This document shows positions 38,901-56,482 of a stretch of 64,000 nt of DNA, one piece after another (within the stretch, counting starts at the first letter, position 1; every line of letters begins with the position of its first letter). Location of the stretch: positions 413,149 to 477,148 of the forward strand of contig NW_019217790.1 of NCBI RefSeq assembly GCF_002571385.2. Direction: 5' to 3'. The notes under the pieces were generated by a model, which ran no database searches, was not told the DNA's origin, and saw nothing but the letters and a program-made list of their open reading frames with translations. Source of the stretch: Stylophora pistillata (Eukaryota). Made by a program: the position numbers and the translations under genes.

Positions 38901-41281
38901 AGGAATGTACGGTGTAGACGCTCATCTCTTATGGATCCCAAACCATACAGTGCTACCTTAACACTACCCTTCTGCATCAAGATAGGTGACACAGTGATGT
39001 CATCAATTGATGGAGCTCTACCAAAATAATTAACAAATCCACAGACACTGAGCAAATCCAAAGCACAAAGGTTCCCATCCTATGCAAGTAGGCAAAGAAA
39101 AAATATATGATTAAACAAAAATACATAGATAAATAATTGTCTGTTGTCTTGCATATGGAGGAAAAACAGTAGCTTTCCTGTTTATGCTGAGTCTGTTAAC
39201 CCTTTAGCCATTAAGAGTATAGTATCACTACTGAATCAAACATCATTGTTCATGAGCATAAAAGAAATGATTGCCAACAAAAGCTCTTGATAGGTAACAC
39301 AAGTTATTATGGTCAGTATTATTAGAAATGTATTGAAAACAGTGTGGAGAATAGGAATACTGATGTTGGGATGTAAAAAGTTGGGTCTTGCAGGGACAGA
39401 AGCCTATCATTTTCTATTGTATGAAACAAGTAAAGGTAATGCCACTCATCTTTATAATCCCTGAGATATCAGTCCTTGGGTGTTAATCAATCTTTAGAGG
39501 TAAGAGTATTCTCTGCTCAGAATGCAGATATTCTCTAGCTAACCTGTGACCAAATCTTTTCTTTGTTCAGACAGTTTGAACATTCTCACATTACTTTCCA
39601 CTAGTCTGCACCTGTGGTTCTTAATGACAACCAATCACACACTCCATTTCTGGGAATGATTCATTCACTACTTTCTAGTTACTTCTAATTGTTGATCTCT
39701 TGCCATGTAGTACCTATATCTTATTAACCATGCGCGAGGGCCATACTGGGAGAATATCGGCCTGAGATCTTGACAGTACAGACCTCACGCACTCGGTCCA
39801 TACAAAAAAGACCCAGGGCCGATATTCTTCCAGTATGGTCCCGAACAAGCTTGGTTAATAAGAGATTTATTATACGACTGAAGTTCAAAGGGACACAAGT
39901 GCGGTATCATTCAGGACCATTTGGGACAGTGCCCGGTCCAATACTGAGAGAATATTGACCGGCAATAGAGCACTTCGATTGGTTGATTTTAGTTATTGGC
40001 TCTCTGACTGCCCGAGTCGTGTAATAAATAATTAGTAGCGCAATTGATAGATTTTAGTAATGTCTACTGTCAGTACACGGCTCGACACTTACCCCAGCAG
40101 GATCATCATGGTTTCCGTGAATGGAAAACACTGGAATGGATATGTTGTAATTTGGATCCTCATAATTTACCCAAGGAAATCTGAAAATAAATTTCGGACA
40201 CGTCTCTTGCAGTGAGCTTAAAACTTCTTGGATCACAACTACAAAAAGAAAACTACGGATTTTTGTATATGACTCATGTAGAAGATTGTACACACATTAT
40301 TGTAGTTGGTTTGAGTCAGAACATAATATATTCATATAATTTTGTAATTTGATCACTTAAAGAGTACTTACTAGTACAAATTCCATCCCATGTCACTTAG
40401 TTTCTAGACTAAATTAATTTATCAATCTAGAGTTTAAGCCTACCTGGAAAAGTGTTATATAACATTTTCCATGCCACAGGGAGAACTTCTCCAGAAGCAG
40501 CTCTCCTATAAACAATTTTTGTATCTAACCTGGACTGAGAAAAGTTCAAAGATTGATCACTGAGAAATTCCATCTGACAAGCTTTATCCCCCATGCAATA
40601 TTTCCTAAAGAGCGCCATTGCACCATGTAAAGTCTTCCGAGAAGGTTTATTCTCATGAAATAGGTCTCCTCCAAGGAGAATAAAATCTACCTAAATGAAA
40701 TAGAGAAAAGTACAAATTAGGAATGATATGACAGTGGGTACCTTGACCAGTATTAAATTTTTTCTTGATGATAAAAATAACACCAACCAATGACAATTCA
40801 ACAAATAAATTTAATGGTAGTAATCATTGTTAAATCTTGCTTGTCAGCGATACATTGAAACTTTGCTTACATTCTTCTCCTTTGCTATATGCAGAATTTC
40901 CTCGAAGGTAACCAATGAGTCATTTCCTCGGACCTGGTCTTTTTCCATATACCCAAGATGGCAATCTGTCGCTTTAAGTGTATGAAAAAAAAAATGGTAC
41001 CTCAAACATCCGGTAGTGTGAGTCACGAAAATTAGATCATTTTCTGAGCTCCATAGATCATCTATGGAGCTCAGAAAATAATCTAAAATTATTAAACTTT
41101 GACAAATGATCCCCTCAAAACTATTTGTAACAATTAATTGTACACATACCAATGAGGATGTACATCGTATCTTCAGGATCTTCATTTCCTTTTCTGGAAA
41201 TAAAACAAAGCACAAGTAAACAATTCTGGTCAATACACTTGCACTGAAATCAAAATTTCCGGAAACGTACTCATCCGCCAT
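31659..41281 (-). CDS. MRE11: Double-strand break repair nuclease MRE11, 18 coding exons, ~693 aa
   Basis: Exons 41281-41271, 41193-41150, 40971-40871, 40690-40530, 40180-40093, 39079-38823, 38666-38475, 37994-37835, 37707-37627, 37514-37385, 37131-37025, 36909-36664, 36235-36133, 35680-35540, 35416-35370, 35159-35080, 32198-32132, 31724-31659. Phosphoesterase motifs [33 protein letters not shown]; GAR motif [17 protein letters not shown]; C-terminus SDDPF...SRR*. Confidence 0.95.
32453..32888 (+). mobile_element. Penelope-like retroelement 3' fragment (C-terminal ORF plus pLTR) in an MRE11 intron
   Basis: 32453-32629 translates [29 protein letters not shown]...[17 protein letters not shown], a PLE-type C-terminus. 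It is followed by a hammerhead-containing 3' region and (TA)n. Confidence 0.75.
32734..32801 (+). ncRNA. Type I hammerhead ribozyme (HH-A), intact core
   Basis: Stem I TATGGAGTTTAA/TTAAAATCCATA (1 mismatch); CTGATGA; 10-bp stem II GTGGATCAAC-TTTT-GTTGGTCTAC; GAAA; stem III ACA-GGC-TGT; GUA cleavage triplet ending at 32789. Confidence 0.85.
32889..32932. repeat. (TA)n microsatellite
   Basis: ~22 TA units directly 3' of the PLE fragment. Confidence 0.95.
33146..33485. mobile_element. Palindrome-containing non-autonomous DNA element nested in the MRE11 intron cluster
   Basis: Internal hairpin GGTGGATATTTACC-GAGCCGCGAAGCGGCGA-GGTAAATATCCACC; repeated TGTTTT...TATATACTAA ends. Confidence 0.6.
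33526..33565 (+). ncRNA. Type I hammerhead ribozyme (HH-B), weak stem I
   Basis: CTGATGA-GTGA-GCAA-TCAC-GAAA-CAGGCTTGTA. The core is intact and stem II has a GNRA loop, but the first stem I pair is mismatched (C/A). Confidence 0.65.
33708..33749 (+). ncRNA. Type I hammerhead ribozyme (HH-C), variant with insertion before stem II
   Basis: TCTGT-CTGATGA-AC-GTG-TAAG-CAC-GAAA-CT-CCA-AGTA-ACAGA: 5-bp stem I, 3-bp stem III, GUA triplet. Confidence 0.65.
33877..33922 (-). ncRNA. Type I hammerhead ribozyme (HH-D), canonical, sense to MRE11; retrozyme-like unit 33871-34005
   Basis: Minus strand reads ACTGCA-CTGATGA-GGCC-CAGAA-GGCC-GAA-ACAGTACTGT-C/TGCAGT. Perfect core, 6-bp stem I, palindromic stem III, GUC cleavage predicted between 33883 and 33882. 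Confidence 0.9.
34080..34640 (-). mobile_element. Decayed CR1/L2-type LINE 3' fragment
   Basis: [13 protein letters not shown]...[17 protein letters not shown]...[19 protein letters not shown]...GWLPV, typical of the RT C-terminal region of CR1/L2 ORF2, with stops and deletions. Confidence 0.7.
35740..35975 (+). mobile_element. tRNA-derived SINE
   Basis: A box TGGCCAAGTGG and B box GGTTCAAGTCC, followed by a non-tRNA body. No complete cloverleaf acceptor stem. Confidence 0.75.
38060..38430. repeat. Low-complexity (AAT/GAT/AAC)n degenerate trinucleotide tract in an MRE11 intron
   Basis: Degenerate triplet repeats that give stop-free frames on both strands. Confidence 0.8.
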
Positions 41282-41568
41282 CTTAAATTCCCACGATTTA
41301 GAGAAAATCCGCTGACTAGTATTTTGGTTGCTTTTCGTCCACCTCCGCTTGCTCGAGCGTTATCAGCTTTGGCTCTCTTTGAACTCCCGAAAAAGTTTTA
41401 AAATGGTCACAGAATACACAAGGTTTGTTTTATTAGCTACTTCCATATGGACACGAACATAATAAAATTTCGCATTGTTTTACAAGGTCTTTGCAGATGC
41501 GGACGTTACGCTCGGAAGTCGGAAGAAATCGCGATGACTTCGGATTATGTCGTCACCGTTGCCATTGG
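41275..41568. promoter_or_regulatory. MRE11/GSK3 divergent promoter core with YY1-, ETS- and CCAAT-like motifs
   Basis: CCGCCATCTT (41275-41284, YY1 consensus overlapping the MRE11 ATG), tandem CGGAAG (41513-41525), TCGCGA (41529-41534), ATTGG (41564-41568). The 650-bp spacer between the divergent ATGs is CpG-rich. Confidence 0.5.
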
Positions 41569-41931
41569 CTAACTAACTGAACAAACTTCGTTGGGGGCCC
41601 CCTAAACGGCACATGCCTGCAGTAGCAAGCGCCATTGTGAATTTTGAGTGTCACTTGCCTTTGGCTCTTTTCGTAGCTTAAAACGGCTTTTGTCGTACCT
41701 CGAACAATTTGATCGTTATTCTTGCATCATATTCAGGAAATCCTGACACTAACTATAGGTTATTTGGCCATAAATGACCAGAGAAGCGTGCAGATTCAGC
41801 ACCATTCCCGCGAATCACTTTTCGGCGTAAGGTGTCTTGAAAGCAACTCTCCATGTTGAATATAAGCTGACGACGAATATGTAATGGTCCGGTGATCCTT
41901 CGGGTTCATCTACGTCGGAGATTTCACAACC

Positions 41932-49063
<7,132 letters not shown>

Positions 49064-50778
49064 ATTAGACCTGATAACAATTATAATTAATGCAAGTTTT
49101 TGTCCATAAAAGGGGCCTTGGTTGATAGAATTTCTTGTAAAAAAAAAGAGCCTAAATTGTATTGTAAATAGTGTTGAAATCAAGTTCACAATGCAGATTT
49201 GTCTTTCTGTGTATTTTGGGAGTACACAGGGTTGCAGTTTTGTTTAATCTTAAGTTTTACTTTCCAAGGCTCATTATGTACAATTCATTACTAATTTACT
49301 TGTGGTTAGATAAAAGGACAGTTTTTAAAGGTGTTTGCAACTAAGGCCAGTGATAAAAACAAAAAAAAAATTCCTCATGACTTAAATGTTCTATTAATTC
49401 CAAGAGGTTCCGAGGTGTTTCCCATCAATCATCTTTCTTGCTGTAACTGGCTTTCTTTGCCAATGCCATTAAAATTTGTGCTCAGATTTTAGGTGCTGTT
49501 TTATTTGCAATGTATACAAATTGTTCCAAACAAAAAATTTTTAGAAGGCACTGCACTGCAATTGTGCATTTCAAGATTGTTAATACACTTTTGTACTTAA
49601 ATAATGAGGCACCATAAAAAAGTGATCATAATCATTTACAGGAAATTCAAATTAAAACAAATCCTTTAGGGCATCAGCATGGTACTGGATAATGTATTTA
49701 TACTGACAGTGCCATAATCAATATTTAAATAATGTAAAATATATTTCTTGTACCTTGTGCCGAAGGCCATTTCTCCATGTGGCTGTAGGGAAAAAAAAAA
49801 CCACTTCTCATTTGAGTCTGTATAAAATTTTAAGGGCTTGTAAATTTAAGCAATTTTAAGTTTTCTTCTTATGTGTAAAATTTATAACCAACTCTTATAT
49901 ACATCCTTGTGAGTATTCTGACAGGAGATAATATGAAAGTTATGCTGTCAAAATTGAATTCTTTGTGAATGTCACTGTTAACTTTACTGTTGTTTCCCGA
50001 GGTTTTTGTTTCTCCATACCCTAAATGTGGCATTAAGTATGGGCTAAGATCTTAGGAAAAAAAATTTTTTCTTTTCCTTGTTGCACCAATTTAAACATTT
50101 GGATTATAACTTGGTTATAATCCCGGCGGAGACATTCGAATCCCCTGTTAATATCCTTAATTAGACTTTTTCTTCGGCTAATCACTTTCCTGAATAGGTG
50201 AAGCACCTGAATTCTTAAGATGTTATCTTGCTCTAAGTTTTTCCTCCTACTCTGGTAGTGGCCTTTAGTGCAGTGTTTTGGGAAGAAGTTTTTGTGAATA
50301 AGGTACGGGGACGGTCGTTGGTAATTTTGAATTGATCCTCCTATGTCTTCCGCCGAACGTCGCTTAAGAAGTGGGATCTTCAGTTACGTCGTGAGCGTTG
50401 AGGGCGTGGCTGAAGTTCAGTACTCCCCCATAAAGTCATTATTATCCCTGAGTGCTGACCAGAAGAAATGGTCAAAGGGTGTTTGATGATTTTTTTCAGT
50501 TATCAGTTAACTTGGAGCTGTCGACTGCTTAAAAGGCGGGAGGAAATCCACCCCTGTGACGGGGATTGGCGCAAGATCATTGTATTATAGTTGAGGAATG
50601 TTACACCACATTCTAAGATTGTTATTCATTGCGGGCTCAATAAAATGGCCGATGGGTAGGTGCCAAACAATTCTCCTAGTCTGCGGTTCGATGCCCGCGC
50701 CCGGCGTTTTAGTTACATTTTTACAATGCAGCATAACATGAAAAGGAAGAGCCTGTAGCGCCTACTTCTCGGTGAAAA

Positions 50779-53700
50779 ATGGCAACAGATCCTTCCCCTT
50801 TGTGTTGTTGTGAATTTCGTAACCTTCATGGCCATAGAACGCACTTACTCGCCTTCTGTTGTGAGTGCGATGAACTAGACAACGCCGTGGATCAGTGCCT
50901 TCAAGGAAACAAAGTTTCAAAGCAAAAACTGCATGATATATCTATGGTTATTTCTGATCGCATTCGTATTCCTTGGTTTAATGGCGCCCAGAAATTGGAA
51001 TTCGACTATGTTGTTCCAATTCTTTTCTTAGGCATATCTCTCTACTTTGCAAGTAACAGTCTAGTCTTTACGGTGCTAGCTCTGGTCTATGTTCCGGTCT
51101 TCATCCTTATTTATTATATTTATGTGCTCAACCAACGTAAAAGGACCTGGTTCTTCGTAAGTTGGACTTTAACATCTCTTGTTGGTAATTTTATTCTATA
51201 TATTGCTTATGTAGCTCCCTTCAATTCCTACCTTAATTCTTCGGTCCTCTCTCTTGGGTTTGGTCTTGTTTTGTCGTTATACTTGCGTGTGATATTCTCA
51301 AGGAGGCTCTTAAATATGTACGCTTTGAGCTCTAAGCCCCCTTCTCTTAACAATGCAAATCACAATGACACAGATTATAAGGATCTAAACTGCTGTTTCT
51401 GTACAGAAGGACCTTTTATCAGGGCAAAGCATTGTAGGTAGGGTATTGGATGTACTGGAATTTTATGACTATGACTCAGTGCTATTCTCCTGCTAGGCAG
51501 GGATTTCACTGGGAAATGTAGATGGAGGACAATTGTGTTAAGTTTAAGAACAGGAGAACATATTGTATACATCTGAATGAAAACAGCTTAATGAGTCGTG
51601 AAAATTTAGCTGACAAATTCTTGTCTCTGTTGCCTTGTGAATACCCTATTATGATTTAATCACCCTTTCTTTGAAACCAGTGGTTACCATACTTAAGAAT
51701 AAACAAAAAGGACAAAATGAAATTTCAAAGCATTAATGAATTGAAGGATATTGCAAGCATAGGATAAGGGTTGGGGATAAGGGAATAGGAGCATTGGTTA
51801 GGTGACTGTATCTAGTTGCCATGCACTAAGTACTTCTTGAATGTTGTTCATCAGTAAATTCAACTTTCCATATAAGGTTAGGCACCACAGCAGACTCTAG
51901 AAAGAGAGAATTTCCTGAAGTATCTGTGTTTGTGGGCCAACCCACCAGGAGTGGTAAATTGGAGACAAGTACTTACATTTTGCCTAAAAAATACAGCTTA
52001 TCATTGCCTTGTGGGTATTATGAGTTAAACAAGGCCAATAGAAACTCAAGGTCAAATGAAGACCCTTATCATCTGAGGTGTATTATAGTAGCAGTAGTGG
52101 TATTTGTTTCTTTTCTCAAATGCTGTGAGACTGATATTTTCCAGTCAACAGAGTGTAAGTGATACCATTCAAATATTGCATGGAGTACTTGCAAACTCAG
52201 GGTTAAAGGTGTGAGATTCAGTGACTCATTTTATAATTAGTTCTTATTAACTGAGTGGGAGGTCTGTATGGGAGAATCTTGACCAAGGTTGCCAGTACAG
52301 ACTGAACGCAGTGAGGTCTGTACCAGCAACCGAGGTCAAGATTCTCTCATACAGACCAACCTAGCTCAGTTAATAAGATGTTTATTATATGGCTGTGTCT
52401 TATATGCCAATTTTTTATATTCTTTGTACCTTTTTTTTCTAGACCGGTCTAGATGCCAGTCTAGATGAGAAAATCTAGACCCCTTTCAATATTGATTTCA
52501 GCCAATCAAATTTGTGAATTTGGTAGTTCCGAGTCTTTCCCAGCCATATAATAATGTAGAATATTTCTTTCCCTCTTTATGTAGGATTTGTGGTTACTGC
52601 GTTCCAAGATCCGACCATCATTGTGTTTGGTAAGAACAAATACTTCATAGATTTTGTTCTTTCATAAGAAAGATTTGTGTTCAGGTTTGCTCTACAATTT
52701 CAAACTAAGTCATCGTTTTATTGCATTGAACATGTATTTTGTCTTATTTCACTGTCTTCACCCAACTGACACAATCACTAAAAATTTTTTTTAGTGTCAA
52801 ACTTTTTATGTTTAATTGTTAATGCCATTTACTTGAGCCATAAAAAAACCAAATTGACAAGCTGTTTCTTGGAGTGAAAGACAAAGAAAGAAAAAGTTTT
52901 ACTCAGATAAGGGGCTAACGCTTGAAATACCAGCTCTGAAACTTGTTATGGTGGTCAATTTACATTATCAACTCATTTGATAAAACCAAAATTGCCTTGA
53001 ATTTTTAATGTTCAGTAGAGTTTGATTTCAAATGGATATTTATTATAATGTGTTTGATGATTAATGAATTATCAATGCAGTTTTAACATTTTTTGTAATC
53101 TGGAAATGTTTTATAAAATCTATAAATAATAATGTAATAATAATAATAATGTATTTATCATATTTGTTATTTTATTTATGCAGGACAAACTGTTGTATTG
53201 GACAGCACAACCACCATTCCTTCCTTGCTGCTATAGTTATTTTTTTGGGTACTGGACTATGGGGAGTCTATCTCTCTATTTTCACTATCTGTTCATCTAA
53301 AGACAACAGCATTTTCCATGTAGATTGCTCAAATGTCTACTTTAATTCCAGGTAGGTCTAGTCCAATTCTGACTCCTCTCTCTTCTTTGCACCCATTCTT
53401 TGGGATGTCACATAAGAAAACATTGAGTGATACCCTAAAGAAGAGCCTCATAGGAAACTAGGTCACATTGTATTTGGTTGATATTTATTCAAGTGCCATA
53501 TTTTAGTTCAAAGTAGCAAAGCTTTCCAACTATAATTTTTTTGTTTCAATATTTTGGATTGGTATCAATAATAATAATGATAATAATAACTTTTATTTAT
53601 ATAGCACTCATATCTTAAATTCATGGCGCTTCACAACACTGTACGGGGGACTTTACCAGACTGCTAAGCAGTTTACAATCAAATAAAGGCGAATAACAGA

Positions 53701-54550
53701 TGCCCCCTCCCCCCAATTCCCAGTAAACAGGCCAGATCACAACATAGTAATCTCATGAAGTAGGTTCTTTAATGTCCCCTGCCTAACCAAATCAACTAAT
53801 TAATAGATGCAGGAGACGAGACCTCCATTTATTCATCCCTATCTGAGAAGACTAGAGTATCTAACCATTTCTTGATCAATGTTATAGAAAGTTAGCTTAT
53901 TCTTCTCAATTATTTTAAGGCCCTGAGTGTTGGTCAGGCTGGGGCTTGAACCCTCGACCTCCCGCACAACAGTCTGGTGCTTAAACAATTGAGCTAACTG
54001 GGAGGCGGTTCAAACCTTCAATGTCTGTGATCTCTGGCTCACTTTCACATGAATCTACTTTTGATTCAAATAATATTTGAAATGTTGTGTTGATTAGTTT
54101 GTCAAAGAAGGTATTTTTTGCAATATGGTAAAATAAATATCAAGATAGCAAAATGGAAAGAGATGTTACACTCCCTCTTTGTGATACATGTAGATGCTGT
54201 CTGAAAAGTAATAAAATGAAAAATGGGAAAATACCAAAATGTACCTCGCCTTGATCCACCTTTAATAACAGGTTCCTCTAACAGGTTTCAGTTTCCATTT
54301 CAGGTCTTCTTTCGTGTTTGTTGCATGTTGGTACACAATCATCTTCATATTAGGCATGTGTGGGCTCCTGTTTCAACAGCTTGTATTTGTTAGCCTTAAT
54401 TTGACTGGTGATGAGTTCAGAAGGTCTTCAAAGAAGAAGTCATTTTGTGAAGTGATGAGGACACATAGCTATAACAAAGGATTTGTTAGGAACTGGATTC
54501 ATTTTTTATTTCCACAAGACATCAGCTCTTTTGAGGAAGAAGTAGTTTAG
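50779..54550 (+). CDS. ZDHHC23: Palmitoyltransferase ZDHHC23 orthologue, 4 coding exons, ~372 aa
   Basis: Exons 50779-51437, 52585-52629, 53184-53351, 54304-54550. N-terminus PLCCCE...CCECDELD...ISDRIRIPW is typical of ZDHHC23. DHHC domain [31 protein letters not shown], with several TM segments. Confidence 0.92.
53568..54010 (-). mobile_element. tRNA-headed SINE with (ATT)n tail (related copies 29545-29874; partial 17924-18200 and ~55660-55790)
   Basis: Minus-strand head ACCGCCTCCCAGTTAGCTCAATTG...GAGGTCGAGGGTTCAAGCCC. The body is shared between copies and ends in a simple-repeat tail. Confidence 0.75.
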
Positions 54551-56482
54551 AAATATGTGCTTGGTTATAAAATGTTTAGTGTAAAAAATGAGCTTCTGAG
54601 GGACCTATTTTCGTCCTTTGATAACAGGAGCAGAAATAAGGTGGAGGAGAGGGGGGTTGTGAGGGATTTAACTAAAAAAGAAAGAAGAAAGAAAGAGAAA
54701 GAGACAGTTGTGGACAAACCAAAATGATTGCTATTAAGTCAACCTAGTTTCTGACTCATTCAGTACATTGTTACTGACAGCTGAAGATCCATGGAAAACA
54801 TTTCCTGTACCAAAGGTTATGAATTAAAACATAACCAAAGTAAAGCGTGCGCTCTGATTGGTCAATTTAGCGTCCCCCATGCCCATGGGTGTACGCTGCT
54901 GACGTGAGCAAATGCAAAGACTATTTTTCTGCGCGCGCTTGTTTTTTCTGGTCACGTAAGATTTGTTAAATAAAAGGGAACTCTTTAGCTACAATGTATC
55001 AATGTTATGTTATAAAACAAATGGTAAACACCACAGCGTACACTATTCAGTTATGGATGCACTTGGGAGGTTTGCTAAGCACTCAAGAAGCTAGAGTCGC
55101 TCTCGGCTATCGCCTCGAGCGACTCTTACGCTTCTTTCATGCTTAGCAACCTCCCGCCTGCATCCATAACTCAATACTGTACGCTGTGCTGTTTAGCATT
55201 TGTTAATTATTAGATATTGCAATTATGACTAGAGAAATTTAAACTGTTATTGATTATTGACTTGTGATTATAAGACTATCATGATTTATAACTTGTTTGT
55301 CAGTGGATTTTTTATTACCTTTTTCTGCTTAGACCTCCCCCCTAGTCAGCCATTATCAGAATGACATGCTCTTAACCTTATATAAACATATTTTTATCTC
55401 TTTTTGACTATTCTTAGATCTGACTGTAAAGAGGATTATTTTAATTATTAAAAGCACCAGGGAAAGCTTTCAAACAGAATTCTGGAACTTGTTGGTTAGG
55501 ATTCTTTTGATCAGCCCTTGTTCATCAGATTGGCTTTGTGCTCTTGCTCTTTGGTTTTAAAGTAGTTCGTTTGCTGAATGCACTGCTCTGATATACTGTC
55601 ATTTGTTTCTAAAGATTTGTACATTGTACAGGTGGAAGAACAATAAGACACGTAGTCCCCAACAAGGTTCATCCACCTAAACCCGACCCACCCACCCCAC
55701 CCCAGGGAAGGAGATCCATCACACAATAATCTTGTGCGTGGGAAATTAACGTCTCCTACCACTCCTGCAGGAGACAGGACCTCCATTTATTAACCCTTTT
55801 ACACCAAAGATCTCGCAAAAAGTTCTCCTCTTTGCTTTTAACACATTTCTTATGATTGCAGTTAAGAGAATTATGATTTTTATCAGCGTTCCCTTAGGAC
55901 AGAAGACATGTGGTATTCCACAATTCTTTTGCTTGGGAGACGTCAATTGTAGGGAGTGCCCTATGCTCCACTTTTTCTCCCTGGACACATTATTGATGCT
56001 CAATAATAAGTCTGCTACCATTTGATCAGAAAAAGTAAACAAGGTATCAAAGGAGAAGCTTCGCCGGTTTTCCTGTTTAGACCGCATGGCCAGTAAACTT
56101 AGTAGGCTTCGCTATTCCATCTCACTTGGCTCCTACAGTCAAAAGTCACCGGGGCGACTTACCCTCGTTACCAGTTTCTCTCAATGCAAAACATCGTAGA
56201 AAGTTTGTAAAGAAGTGGGAAAAAATTGTGGAGTTTAAGGCAAGATCAGTGAATCAGCTCTCATTGGGCTAGTTAATGGATAAAGCCCTTAAATTATTGA
56301 ATCATAAATTATGGCTCAATTTTGTCGCACGAGTTTGCACAAAACTCCACTGGTCTCCCCTAGTTAGACGGCTAAATTTTCACGTGAAGTCGAGGTTCTA
56401 TCTATAAGGCGGGAATCCTCGTCAGATGTCAAACATGCGAAAACCGTCGGTGATTGTGTGAGAAAAAAATCTCCTTTTCGCC

